IMG/VR virus record: IMGVR_UViG_3300041809_000801
Location: 1 to 64,000 of that record
Reading direction: 5' to 3' (one strand)
DNA length: 64,000 nucleotides
Source of the DNA: a virus
Shown: positions 43,858 to 55,500 of the stretch, one piece after another
Layout: every line of letters begins with the position of its first letter
Position numbering within the stretch: the first letter of the stretch is position 1
Program-made: the position numbers and the translations under genes
The notes under the pieces: generated by a model
Databases searched by the model: none
Told to the model about the DNA's origin: nothing
Seen by the model: the letters and a program-made list of their open reading frames with translations, nothing else

Positions 43858-46049
43858 TCTGTCTCGTAGTACGTCGTCGTTGTGTAAGAGCAGGTCAACC
43901 CGCCCACTTCATTTGTTGCGGTATATCCCAGCGTCCCGTTGTAGTCGGAGTATCCGCCTTGACCATCGCTGGTGCTCTCAGGAATAATGTTGCTTGCTAT
44001 GGCGGTGATGGAATAGGTCTGCAAATACCCCGACTGACCGCCGACTGTGGCGGGAGTGGATGAGGTTGGAGTCGAACTAGTTCCTATATCCTGAGTGTAG
44101 TTACTGCTGCTGGTATCCCCAAAGTCATCACTGTAGTTCAAGGTTATGTTGGCAGAAAAATCTACCGACAGCGGATCGTTGCCCCCCGGCGTGAAAACTT
44201 GAGCCGTGATCGTAACAGGGGTTGAACTTGTCCAGAATGATGGGTTCACTGTGAAGTTGTACGGCACAGGAGCAACATACGTCACACCAGTTGCTGTGAT
44301 AGTCCCGACGTTGCCGTTAATGTAGGTCACCGTGCCGGTTGTGAACGCATTGCCGCTCAAATATGTGAGCGTACCTGAGACCATAAGGCTGACCGTCAAG
44401 GTCTGATTTGTGGTTGATATGGGGGCGACGAATGGAACATTCCATCCTGTGAGCCAACCATTAGAATCCAAATTGGGAACAGGTGTGCCGGTCGAAGTCG
44501 CTCCCGCAATTGCACAAGAGCAATTGACCGTGTTCCCTGTTCCAAACGCGCCCTGCTGCTGTGGAGAGAACGCCTTATTCAAAGAGATGACCAGTGTGTT
44601 ATTACCACCATTCGCTGTGGTTGTAGATGGCGATACAGCAGCGACCGCTGGCATGTTCATGTAATCCACTTCGAAATTGAACGTGTTTCCACCTGTTGAA
44701 CCCGAGGGCACAAAGAGGTCAAAAGAGTTGTTGGCGCTATTGAACCAAGAAACATCGTCCGCCGTGACTATCAAACTAGTGGAGAGCACACGAGATGTAC
44801 TAATGGGGTTGGCGGTATACCCATTGTAGTTTAGAGTAAAGTTTGTGCCATCATACCCGACCGAAAGCAGCCCTAAGTAAGCTGTATTATCGGATGAGGA
44901 AAGTTGAAACCCTGCTGGGAAATACGCCGTCTTGCTAACAGGTTGTCCATTGTATGTCTGGAACGTGTACGTGTTAGAACTGGCACTGTTGTACAAATAC
45001 AAGGTGCCTGTCGTCCCTTCGAGAATGGGGCAGTAGGACTTCGAAGTGTACACAATGCCGGAGACATTGACCGTCAACGTAATTGGATTGCCGGTCAACT
45101 GAAGATTGGTCGGGCCTCCAGCCGGGGTAATCGTCAGATTTCCAGTGGGTGTGCTTGCTGCCGGTGCTGAAATCAAAATAACTGGGTCGAGTTCGCCAGA
45201 ACCAGATTGGATGTGCAGCACACGTCCACTGTGATACCAGTAATCCCAGTCAGCCTCAATTGGATACACTCCGGGTTGAGGGAACGTCACTGAGACTGAA
45301 CTGGTACCGATGTAGCCACCCGAGCCGCTTGTTAAAGGAGGAGCAGGAAGCAGTGGGTACCCATTAACGACAGTCATGGTTTGGTGCGAACCACCCAAGA
45401 CTGAACCCTTCCCTGACCATGTTGGGAGTCCGCCTGTGGCTGAAGCACCCAAGCCCCATATTGAACTATCCTTGTAGGTATGGGTCAGGGTGTAAGCACC
45501 GGCTGCGGGTACCAAAATGTAACCAGTGATGCAAACGTTGAAATTCTGAGTATAGGGAGGGAAGCTAACATAACTGGCTACAGTTCCTGTTGCAGTCAGA
45601 GTAGCCCAGTTCGGGTCGCTCCCGTTTCCCACGCCGCTTACGAAGGCGTCAAAGGCCAGAGAATTGTTTGTTCCTGTGGCGGTCGCTGTGCTGATATAGC
45701 GAACTGTAGCCCCGTAGCCGATGGCTGTTGAGTCACTCGGATTACACCAAATATACGAAGCAACTGGACCACTCGTAGGAGAGTCACCCCAAGCGGCGGC
45801 ATTCACGATGCTTCCAACTTGAATGAACCCATTCGTTGTTTGCCAGTTGACCTGCGCTACAGGCGTCGTGTAGTGCGTCCCGGCAATGGTTGCAGCCCCC
45901 GTGAGGTTATCCGTACCACCATTCGCCCCCGTGTAGGAGAACGTTGCTGACCCAGCACCTGTGGTTGTATCAACAGGCACCGAAACAGAAATGGTTTGAG
46001 GGTTTGCTCCCCCTACTGTGACTGTAATTGTTTCGTATTGAGTTGCCAT
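43854..46049 (-). CDS. Ser/Thr/Gly-rich virion protein (Ig-like plus PA14-like)
   Basis: 731 aa; FNVCITGYILVPAAGAYT..YKDS...PGVYPIEADW. Confidence 0.55.
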   Translation of the reverse strand: MATQYETITVTVGGANPQTISVSVPVDTTTGAGSATFSYTGANGGTDNLTGAATIAGTHYTTPVAQVNWQTTNGFIQVGSIVNAAAWGDSPTSGPVASYIWCNPSDSTAIGYGATVRYISTATATGTNNSLAFDAFVSGVGNGSDPNWATLTATGTVASYVSFPPYTQNFNVCITGYILVPAAGAYTLTHTYKDSSIWGLGASATGGLPTWSGKGSVLGGSHQTMTVVNGYPLLPAPPLTSGSGGYIGTSSVSVTFPQPGVYPIEADWDYWYHSGRVLHIQSGSGELDPVILISAPAASTPTGNLTITPAGGPTNLQLTGNPITLTVNVSGIVYTSKSYCPILEGTTGTLYLYNSASSNTYTFQTYNGQPVSKTAYFPAGFQLSSSDNTAYLGLLSVGYDGTNFTLNYNGYTANPISTSRVLSTSLIVTADDVSWFNSANNSFDLFVPSGSTGGNTFNFEVDYMNMPAVAAVSPSTTTANGGNNTLVISLNKAFSPQQQGAFGTGNTVNCSCAIAGATSTGTPVPNLDSNGWLTGWNVPFVAPISTTNQTLTVSLMVSGTLTYLSGNAFTTGTVTYINGNVGTITATGVTYVAPVPYNFTVNPSFWTSSTPVTITAQVFTPGGNDPLSVDFSANITLNYSDDFGDTSSSNYTQDIGTSSTPTSSTPATVGGQSGYLQTYSITAIASNIIPESTSDGQGGYSDYNGTLGYTATNEVGGLTCSYTTTTYYETD

Positions 46050-46060
46050 TTTTAGACCTC

Positions 46061-49000
46061 TTAAGCCTCAGTAAATTGCGTCGGGAATGCGTTGCTGGCC
46101 GCGATTCGAAGAACCCCGTCGTTATAAACCAACCACTTAAAGGTTCCAGTAGCCGTTACACCTGAATCCGTTACCGAAATTCCAAATGTGTTATCTCCAG
46201 CGGTTCCTGAAGAAAACGGACCAGTGACAGCGATGTAAGCAACGCCACCGCTCAACGATGTAACCGCAGCGGTAAACCCGGAGTTGCTAATCACAATCCC
46301 ACTTTGCAGAGTGGTGGGACTTGTTGTAATCACCCCAGTCGCTACCACATAGAATGAGTAATTAGGACGCGGGTTAATGGATGAAACACTGCCTGTGTCA
46401 ATGTACCCGAGGTAGTTGGTTGAAAGGCTATCTGTGTAATCAATGCCCGTGTACAGCTTAAGACCACTGATGACAGTAAGCGGGAGTATCTTATCAACAT
46501 GCGACCCAATGTTATCGGTCACACGGAAAGTGATAGGAAGCGCACTAACAACCTGACTAGTTGTACCGGAAATTATTCCAGTTCCCGAAGCCAAACTCAA
46601 CCCGGATGGAAGCGGGTTAGCTGACGCCGGGGAGATTGACCACGTATATGGTGTGGCTCCTCCAGTTGCTGCCAATGCTGTGGTGTACGCAATTCCTGCC
46701 GTGCCCTGAGGCAGAGAGACAGTTGAGATTTGCAAAGTAGACGCTGAAATAACAAGACTCAATATCGCTTGAGCCGTATCAGCGGGGGTCAAACTATCCG
46801 TAACTTGGAAAGTCACATTGCTATTGAACGCCGAACTGACAGTGCCAGACAAAGTGGCGCTCGTCGTCGGGCTATTGGGGGTGAGTGTGAGCCCGGAGGG
46901 CAACCCAACCGAAGACCACGCGAACGGAGTGTTATATCCCGTGGCAGTCAATGTTGTAGTGTAGAACACCGATACAACCCCTTGCGGCAGCGAGGTTGTA
47001 GTTATGGCAAGACTGGAATCGGTGCTTAACGAAAGCGTAGCTGACGCCGGGTTTCCGATAGAGTCTGTTGCATCTACAATCACAGCATAATCAGTCAACA
47101 CACCAGTGTATGACCCCGAGATTGTAGCGGTGGCTCCCTGATTACCCGAGTTCGCCTGTAGAATGAGACCCGTAGGAAGTGGGTTCGGGCTGGCGGGATC
47201 GACCTGCCATGAAACAGGAAGGTTCGGGACGCCAACAACCGTGCCAAGGGCTTTCAACGTTCCTTGGTAAGGAGCGCCACGGTCGATGGGACCAACACCG
47301 GAGTCATCAATGTACATGCCACCCTGTGCTCCTGTCTGAAGCGTAAATACTCTTGGGAATGTGCCCCCAAGGTGGTCAGTGACTGTGACTGTAATCAGTG
47401 TGGGGATAATGATGCTGGATGTAGTGCCTGATAGCACACCTGTGGAAGCATTGAGTGAAATTCCGCTGAGGGGCAATTGAGGACACGACCAAGTATAGGG
47501 GAGAGTGCCTCCGACCGCTTGAATGGTGAAAGAGTAGGCGGTGCCCACCTGAATCGTCGGCAGTGTTGTTGTTGTGATAGTCACAGAATTGATTACTGTG
47601 AATGGAATGGCTGCTGATGCCGTAACTCCCCGTGAATCTGTAACTGTGAAGTTCAGAGTGGTGGTGCCGATTGTTGTCGGCGTGCCTGACAAAGCACCCG
47701 TACTGGTATTGAAAGACATACCTGAGGGGGTTGATGCCAAAGACCAAGTGTACGGTTGAGCCGGTGGCGAGAATGGTATGCCGCCAAACCCCTGAAGCTG
47801 GAAGCCACCTACAACACCATTGTAGATTTCTCCTACAACCCCTGTTGGCAGAGATGAGGTCAAAACGACAAGTGGGTTGATGTAGTCAATAAAGAGACGA
47901 TGATACAAGAACGCCGTCTGGTTGCTTGAGTTAGTGAGGGTGAACCAGATGTCAAAGTACCCCGCTTCAAGTGGTGTACCAACGATAGAGACATAAGCAC
48001 CCGACCCAGCAACTTGCGTTGAAAGACCGACAGGAAGACGACCGCGATAGATACCACACCCGGTGATAGTAGCTGACGATGAGATGGTACTCGTACCTGC
48101 GACAATGGTAGTCTGCACTTGTCCATCAAGAATGTTGTCATTAACCTGAAATGCACTAGCCTGTGTATCCCATGTGATTGTAACTGTCCCTTGAATTACA
48201 TTGTTCACATCAACGTATTCGATGACGCTCTGAGTCAATGCGGTTGAAATGAGCGTGCCATAAATCAACATGGTGTTGACATCAAAAGAGAGTCCGGGTG
48301 GCAGCGATGACCCAACTTGAACACGAGCAGTAAGCCCGGTCAAATTCACGGTTGGAGAGTTGAACCATGGCTTCAATGGATTCAAACCAACGAAACTACC
48401 CACAATGTATGGGCGAGTGAAACACTGCGTCGTGCCGATGTTGGTTGTTCCGTTGTGTGACAACAAAGTGTACTCGCGGGTGATGGTAGCAACCTGCGTG
48501 CTGCCCTGAAGAATTGGAAGTTGAATTGGCTGTTGAATATTTGAAAATGAAGTCGGTGGTCCGCTCACGGCCACAGTCGGCGGAGTTGAACCGTTGATAT
48601 TCAAAACCAGACCATCGCTCAACGTTACAGTGCTCGATTGAATCGAGAACCCAGCCAAATTCCCAATGACGTTGTGAGTCACAGTTGTGCTATCACTCGA
48701 ACCCCAAAAATTGTCGAAGAACGCCTCTTCAATGTAAACGGCGCTGACTGGTTCCTTGACACGATACTGAACTGGTCCAGATGCAACGGCTGGGGTGGGG
48801 CTGCTATCGAGTGCTGTGACGTTGAATGAAACCAAGTTGCCAACATTTTGAGTTGTGGGAATGACAAGATATTCAATCTGACCATTCACAAGACTGACAC
48901 CCGAACTTGTGGGGGCACTCAACGAGTACGGGTAGTGACCGCCGTAGATTGGAACTGCCAGTTTGAACTGTTCACTTGCGGAGACGGTAAGCTGGTCGAT

Positions 49001-52000
49001 TGGCCCAAGCGAAAAGACAGCGGGAGCAAGTTCGAGAGTAAAATTCTGCGAAGCTTTTGCATTGATAGCATCCGTTACTTGCACAACAAACGTGTAGGTT
49101 TCGGTGTAATCCGAGTTGGGGAATTCTGAGGTATAAGTACAGGGAACCCCGCCCAAAATCCCTGAGACTGGATTGATGGTCATGCCAATAGGAAGCTGAC
49201 CGGCGACGACTGCCCAAGTATATGGAGCCAGACCGCCAGTGTTTGTAATCTGTGTGGAGTTGCCCGGATACGGCACACCCACAACTGCGTCAGGCAGGGG
49301 AAGAGAAACAATCTGCAAGTCAGTCGGAATTGTGAAAGTCAGGATGGTCTCTGCAATGTAAGCGGGGCTGCTGCTGTCCATACAGGCGAAGTTCACCGTG
49401 TACGCACCTAGTGCGGTCGGCGTACCACTGATAGTGCCATCCACATTCATCTTTAAACCGGGCGGTAGCCCCGTGGAGAACCAACTATACTGAAGCGTTC
49501 CGCCTGTTGCTTGCATCTTGAATTCTGTCATCGGCTTGCCAACGTAGGAGTTCGACGGCAGCGTAACTGTAGTAATCGTCACAGGAACGGAGGACGTTGC
49601 TGAGTTCGTTTCAAGAATGTAAATAGGTTCGATAAGTTCCTTGGCATGTGGACGGCCCATCATCGGAAACACATCAATCGCCATAGTGTTGAGTAACGAA
49701 CTGGCGTTGGAGAACCGAGAGGTTGCTACCATCAGTTTGAGTTCATTTGTGACCGTATCACGAGCGACAGAACGAACGACCACTTCATACGGCTGCGGAG
49801 TAACGGCGGTGGTGGAGGCATCCACAATTTCGAACATGACATTACCACCGATGCCAAGTGTCCCAGTCAATGCTCCCTCTGTGGCTGCGCCGGGGTTGTA
49901 TTGTTGGTCAAGCACGTAAATCTGCTGCGTGAATTGACGGCGGAGTTTTACAGGCGGGTTGGCCGTTCCAAAATCATTCTGAGTCTGAACAATGACATTC
50001 TGAGCCCCCGGTGTATTGAACGACTTCGCTACTGAACGGCTACTGAGAGGCAACCATCCAGTTGAAGTGTTGTCAGGGAACAAAATCTGCCATGCTCCAG
50101 CCACATCATAGTTTGCATTCAATGTGATAGTCAGCGTCTGACCGAGCAACAGATTTGTGTTGTCGAAGGTCACATTCGCCGCTTGCAAAGAAGCTGGAAA
50201 TACGTGACTGAAATCCCATGGAGCGGAATTGAGAGCTACTGAGCTATTGGAAGACAACGCCGTCATATTCATGGTGTAATCGCCAGTAGCCAATTCCTCT
50301 TCGAACACACGAGCAGAAGCAGTTCCGCCATTCTCTAAACCGTCCGTGAACACCGTAACTGGAGTTCCAATGCCCGGTGGTGTTTGAAGAACAATGTTCC
50401 ATCCCAAATAGGCTGTATACACGCCATTCACTGTGTAAGGTTGCCAGTTCGCCGTCAGGTTGTAGTTTTCATCAATGACAGCGATAGTGGGCGCTGGTAG
50501 AAGAGGACTTGCCTGAGCGATGGAACTGGAGATAACAACCAGCGGTATCGAATAGGACGTACCGTAGTAGTTGTTGCCATACACTCCATACACATTGGAG
50601 CCCACCTGTTGCACAGTTGCTGAGTTGTTACCAGTTACTGTGGTCACGGGAGTGACAGAGGGTTCTTGTGCGAGGTAAAGGTTTGTAGCCGTTCCCGATG
50701 TCGCCCAAGAAACAGTAAACGTGGTGTTGTCTTGAACCGAGTTGACAGAAGTCGTTGGGTTTGTAATTTCCAACTGGGTGCCAACAGCAGTCACAGTCAT
50801 GGTAACAATCTGACTGTAGCTGCGCTGAAAACCTGCGGCTATAGAAGCAACGACAAACTTGTATGTGCCGGGTGTTAGCGCGTTGCCAGCAATCTGATTC
50901 GAACTATTGATGTACAACCCATCCGGGGCTCCACTGATAACGCCCGGACCAAACTCTGAGCCCCCAATCAACTCGAAAGTTGCGCTTGGAACTACAGCAC
51001 TCGTCAGGAAGTTGGTCGCTGACAACTGAATTGGGGTAATGTTTGTGCCTGTGGACGTATTGAGAGTGGGAAGTACACCACCCACAACCAAGGGAGTGTT
51101 CCCCAAGCATTCGAACAAAACCTGAGCATACCCCTGTCGAGTTGGGGAACTAGCTGAGTTCGCGACATCAATCTCCAATACCCACTTGTTACCAATTGCA
51201 ACACCGGCGGGAAATTGGAAAGAAACTGTAGTGGTTGGTGCGCCTGAGTTAATCACCAATCCCGTGTTTGTAATTAAAGGGGAGGGGAGGGCTGACTCAA
51301 TCGGAGACTGATTCTGTGTAGTCAGTGTGATGTAGAGAGTCTCCGAAACGTTGAATCCATCAGGAGAAGAGAGTGTGATAGTGAGAGTCTGACCAAAATA
51401 CCCCACCACTTTATCTGGCGTGGAGCCAACAGGGGGAGCAATACCAACTTTAATGGCCGGTGTCCCCAACCAGCTACCGCCACCACTAGGGCCTAATGAA
51501 TTGAAGTCAATGATCTTAAGTCCACTCGCAACTGGAAGAGAATTGCTATCCAGAATCTGAAGACTTACAGAACCGGATGTGGTCGGGGCAGAGATGGTAT
51601 ATGTCGCAAATGTGCTGGTAAGTGTACCGCCACTATTAAGTGTAAGAGGACTTGTCCACTGATATTGAAGTGGAAGAGCAACTGGAGAGCCTCCCGACTG
51701 TAAAAGACCAAGAAGCACATCAACTTCAGCATCTACCTCAAGAAGACCAGAGGTTGTATTGAAGTATGCTCCAAGACCAAAATCTAAAGTACCGGCCTTT
51801 TGCGTCTGAGAACTAATGATGAGATTGAGTTGATAAGCCCGGTCGGGCTCATCATACATAGAGCCGGGTTGGTATGCTTGAATCGTAAGGGGGACTGTAA
51901 CCGGCGACGTGGTGTAGATTTGCAAACCACCTATAAGGTCAATAGTTTCTAACGGAGCGTTTCCAAAATGCGGCTCCGACACACGAAGTACCAATTGGCT

Positions 52001-52513
52001 TTCGTTTGAAGTGACGAAGTTCAACCCTGTGGGAAGACTTGATGGAAGAATAAAATTGCAACCAGTTGTTTGCTGTACCCCATTCAGTCCATAACCGAAG
52101 ATTTGAATGTCACTGACTGTGCTGTCATAAGAGGGAATGGTCAGCGTCGTCAATCCACTTGCAGTGGCAATTGAGAATGGTGTTCTGACTTCCATGAAAA
52201 TCGGGAAAGAGACAGCGGGGTTAATACCATCGGTGCAGGACACAAAAAATTCATAAGGATTCGACTGATACTGCGCCCCCGCAAAAGACAAAGTGCAGAT
52301 GGTACCTGCGGAGTTAACCGTGGAAGTGACCCACGAGGGCGCTGCGGGGCTCAACGTCCATGTGGCTGTCCCTTCGAGGCCGGTTACACTCAAGGTTCCG
52401 AGTGTGGCTGATCCAAGCGATGCAACACGGACAGCCAGCCCATTGTTGCTCGATGCTAGAGGGAGAACCAAATTGACTTGCGTTGCGAAATTTGCTGTTA
52501 GTGTGAGACTCAT
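46061..52513 (-). CDS. Giant tandem putative-Ig-domain virion protein
   Basis: 2150 aa; many ITTTSLP.G.VG..Y...L.A.GG..PY.WS...LP.GL.L...G.ISGTP repeats. Confidence 0.85.
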   Translation of the reverse strand: MSLTLTANFATQVNLVLPLASSNNGLAVRVASLGSATLGTLSVTGLEGTATWTLSPAAPSWVTSTVNSAGTICTLSFAGAQYQSNPYEFFVSCTDGINPAVSFPIFMEVRTPFSIATASGLTTLTIPSYDSTVSDIQIFGYGLNGVQQTTGCNFILPSSLPTGLNFVTSNESQLVLRVSEPHFGNAPLETIDLIGGLQIYTTSPVTVPLTIQAYQPGSMYDEPDRAYQLNLIISSQTQKAGTLDFGLGAYFNTTSGLLEVDAEVDVLLGLLQSGGSPVALPLQYQWTSPLTLNSGGTLTSTFATYTISAPTTSGSVSLQILDSNSLPVASGLKIIDFNSLGPSGGGSWLGTPAIKVGIAPPVGSTPDKVVGYFGQTLTITLSSPDGFNVSETLYITLTTQNQSPIESALPSPLITNTGLVINSGAPTTTVSFQFPAGVAIGNKWVLEIDVANSASSPTRQGYAQVLFECLGNTPLVVGGVLPTLNTSTGTNITPIQLSATNFLTSAVVPSATFELIGGSEFGPGVISGAPDGLYINSSNQIAGNALTPGTYKFVVASIAAGFQRSYSQIVTMTVTAVGTQLEITNPTTSVNSVQDNTTFTVSWATSGTATNLYLAQEPSVTPVTTVTGNNSATVQQVGSNVYGVYGNNYYGTSYSIPLVVISSSIAQASPLLPAPTIAVIDENYNLTANWQPYTVNGVYTAYLGWNIVLQTPPGIGTPVTVFTDGLENGGTASARVFEEELATGDYTMNMTALSSNSSVALNSAPWDFSHVFPASLQAANVTFDNTNLLLGQTLTITLNANYDVAGAWQILFPDNTSTGWLPLSSRSVAKSFNTPGAQNVIVQTQNDFGTANPPVKLRRQFTQQIYVLDQQYNPGAATEGALTGTLGIGGNVMFEIVDASTTAVTPQPYEVVVRSVARDTVTNELKLMVATSRFSNASSLLNTMAIDVFPMMGRPHAKELIEPIYILETNSATSSVPVTITTVTLPSNSYVGKPMTEFKMQATGGTLQYSWFSTGLPPGLKMNVDGTISGTPTALGAYTVNFACMDSSSPAYIAETILTFTIPTDLQIVSLPLPDAVVGVPYPGNSTQITNTGGLAPYTWAVVAGQLPIGMTINPVSGILGGVPCTYTSEFPNSDYTETYTFVVQVTDAINAKASQNFTLELAPAVFSLGPIDQLTVSASEQFKLAVPIYGGHYPYSLSAPTSSGVSLVNGQIEYLVIPTTQNVGNLVSFNVTALDSSPTPAVASGPVQYRVKEPVSAVYIEEAFFDNFWGSSDSTTVTHNVIGNLAGFSIQSSTVTLSDGLVLNINGSTPPTVAVSGPPTSFSNIQQPIQLPILQGSTQVATITREYTLLSHNGTTNIGTTQCFTRPYIVGSFVGLNPLKPWFNSPTVNLTGLTARVQVGSSLPPGLSFDVNTMLIYGTLISTALTQSVIEYVDVNNVIQGTVTITWDTQASAFQVNDNILDGQVQTTIVAGTSTISSSATITGCGIYRGRLPVGLSTQVAGSGAYVSIVGTPLEAGYFDIWFTLTNSSNQTAFLYHRLFIDYINPLVVLTSSLPTGVVGEIYNGVVGGFQLQGFGGIPFSPPAQPYTWSLASTPSGMSFNTSTGALSGTPTTIGTTTLNFTVTDSRGVTASAAIPFTVINSVTITTTTLPTIQVGTAYSFTIQAVGGTLPYTWSCPQLPLSGISLNASTGVLSGTTSSIIIPTLITVTVTDHLGGTFPRVFTLQTGAQGGMYIDDSGVGPIDRGAPYQGTLKALGTVVGVPNLPVSWQVDPASPNPLPTGLILQANSGNQGATATISGSYTGVLTDYAVIVDATDSIGNPASATLSLSTDSSLAITTTSLPQGVVSVFYTTTLTATGYNTPFAWSSVGLPSGLTLTPNSPTTSATLSGTVSSAFNSNVTFQVTDSLTPADTAQAILSLVISASTLQISTVSLPQGTAGIAYTTALAATGGATPYTWSISPASANPLPSGLSLASGTGIISGTTSQVVSALPITFRVTDNIGSHVDKILPLTVISGLKLYTGIDYTDSLSTNYLGYIDTGSVSSINPRPNYSFYVVATGVITTSPTTLQSGIVISNSGFTAAVTSLSGGVAYIAVTGPFSSGTAGDNTFGISVTDSGVTATGTFKWLVYNDGVLRIAASNAFPTQFTEA

Positions 52514-52521
52514 TTTTTACC

Positions 52522-55500
52522 CTACGAAAGCAAAGTTACGGTGTTTGAAGATGAGTCGGCTGTAACTCCACCCAAGAATGGGTTGATAGTGACAGTACGA
52601 GCCAAGGTTGAATTCGCTGAAAGCACTGCGGCTCCATTAGTTTGAAAATCCGACGTAACAACCACGCTTGAGTTAAACTCCACCTGAGCGACCACAGTCG
52701 TATTCAAAACGTTTGTTTCCTCAAGATTGGTTGCAGAGTGTGCCTGAAGATTCAGGGTTGAATTCCGTTCACCAATGAAGAACTGACCGGGAATCGCTCC
52801 TACATCCACTGCTAGATTCATGTTTGAAGCTGTAATCTCCGATGAACTAGCTACCATGCCGGTGCCGCCGTCTGGAAGAGTGATGCTGCCTCTATCGAAG
52901 ATGGCGTTGCATCCCTGTGAGAATGCACCGGCCTGAAGATTATTCGTGAATATGCAATCCACAAAATCAACATCCGAGTCAATGGCGTAGATGGCTGGAT
53001 TTGAAAACCCTTGGAACGTTATGTTGTTGAAAATGACGCGGCTGTTGTCTATAAAGAAGGCTGAAGTCGGTCCATTGCCAAATCCTGTAAATCCGGTAGC
53101 GTCAATCACCACTGGATTTGTCGCCCCGGCGACCGCCGTGATGACCAGACGACCAGCTTCCTGAATTGTGAAGGCAAGGTTGCCCAACGCATAGTAAACC
53201 GCTGACCGAATATCCCCATCCCCCAAAGCAATCTCTTGTAGGGTGCTTTGAAGATTCGTAATCGAAAACGGCACATTTGTGTCCACAAGCTGAATCGAGC
53301 ACGGGTCGCGAAGGACTGGCGGCAGAGCGTCCAGAGCCGCTGTAATCGTAGCCTTCGGTGTGTTCAAACTCAGACCATCGTTACTGTCGTTCCCGGCTGG
53401 TCCATTGTTGACATATAGAACAATGGGGGCTGTCGTGGCCTGAAGGTTCTGACCCAACACAGTGCGAGGAGCCGGAGGAGCAATAGCAAAACCAACGTGT
53501 GGTGTCGCCTGAGAAAAACCACGCCCCCCGCCAGCATTGATAAACTGAATCTCCTTACGAAAATCCTTATTCATTGGCGGGATGAAATCGTTAGTGTGAA
53601 GCGGCACTTCGAAAGTGTGCTCCACGTTGTTCTGTCGCATCGCCACATAGTTGGAATCAAACAAGGAAGCCAACGGGGTGTTTATCAGCGTAGCATCCGA
53701 CCAATTCACCAAAGCCGGTAGCGTAGTCGCGATTGGAATTTCACGATTGTACGGGTACACATCCTCAAGACCAACGAGTGGTGCAGCCCCGGAGCCGTTT
53801 GTGGTAACCAAAGCGTTGTCGTCGTTGTGAATGACTTCATAATTGCGACTCAGCACTCCTTCACCTTGGTAGGGGATGTAGCGTTCAACTATCGTCAAAC
53901 TGGAGGTCGGTGTGAACGCAGGAAGAATCGAGCCGCAGAACATAAATTGGTTGAGGGGCTTGGCTGGTACTAACCCAGTGCCAAGGACATCGCCAATTAC
54001 CGTAATTGTCGCCAAACCACTATTGAAATTCACAGTTGAACAAACTGTAGAGTTCAGATTTCCTGTAGAATCGAGTATCCAGATTAGCCGATTCGAATCG
54101 TTTCCAGAGATTCCTTTGATAATGGCGTTACTTGCTGCCACCACGATTGTGGTGAGGTTTGTGGTGGCGTTGTAACAAGTGGTGTCGTATTGGGAAGATG
54201 GTACCTCCACCACCACTCGACTATCCATAGGAAGAGTAGAGTCGGCGGTGTATGTGCCGAACAGCACTGTCTCTTCAACCTCAGTCACGCCTTTAACAGG
54301 AGCGTTGTATGCAAGCTGCGCCGTATCTTGAGCAAGGAAGGTCATAACAAGGGTCGATGTAGAAGGAACAAGTTGACTGAGAGTGATAACGCAGTTCGGT
54401 CCCTTTACCAACATGCCGGAGATTGTGTATGGAACTCTGGTGGCCGCGTCTACGACGCTGATGGGATAAAGACCGTTGACTGTGGAATTCAAGTTGGTAC
54501 GATTGACAATAAACACCATCGTAGTTCCGAGCGCCGTCCCAGTCGAACCCGGTACGAGAATTTCAATTCTTGTACCAAAAACAAGGTTGGAATATTCAGG
54601 ATTGTATGCTGTGACGTTGTACGCCTGAACTGCCAGTGGGTTAGTAAAAATTTCGTACTCAGATACGCCGTACACTGGCAGGTTCTTGCCTGAAGTTGCA
54701 TCCGAGACAATGCCTCCATCGACTGCAATAGGGGTCTTCTTCAAATCCGAGCCGGAGTTTGCAGGATACTGAACGCCGAGGGTGCAGTACATTTTGTTGC
54801 TGCCGGGATCAAATGGTGTGCCCTGCAAGTTCTTGATAAGAGTCAAAGTCACCGACTTGGTACCAACTCCGTTGACTTGAAATTGCCCATCTGTCGCAGG
54901 GTAGATTGCTACAGGCATGTTGATGGGGGTCTTTGCAATGATGCCTGAGTTAAAACTCTGTACCGTGACAGATTGAATCGTTGCATTTGATGAAGTCGGG
55001 AGCGTAAAGGTGAAAGCATCTCCCTGCATCCACGGGCCACTTTGAGCACTGGAAGAAAACCAAGCGGTCTTCATGCTAGTTGTAACCTGCTTGGTCACGT
55101 AAAAAGTGCGAAGGTCGGAACTGAATCCGTTCGCAAAACCATCCCAACCACCAGAAAGAGTATTTGTGTTGGGGACGGCTGTTGGAGCCACTGAAATGTA
55201 GTAATCCAATGCCGAGCCGAGCCCTTCCGTTTTGAGACCGTAACCATCACCACGACCGATTGCGATTCGACCATGACCTGTAATTAAGTCCACAAACCCT
55301 TCCCGCATAATCTTGTCCAAGTCCCATGCATCGAGAGTCACCGTTTGACGAGTATCTACCACGTCGTCCGGGAAAATCTGGTCAGCCAATCTCCCATCAA
55401 ACCGACCTGAAACGCCAGAAGCCCCCGGCGTGGTTGATTGAAGAAGACCTGAGCCCGAAACCGAAGGGTCGCCACAACCGAAAATGTTGTTTACAAGGCT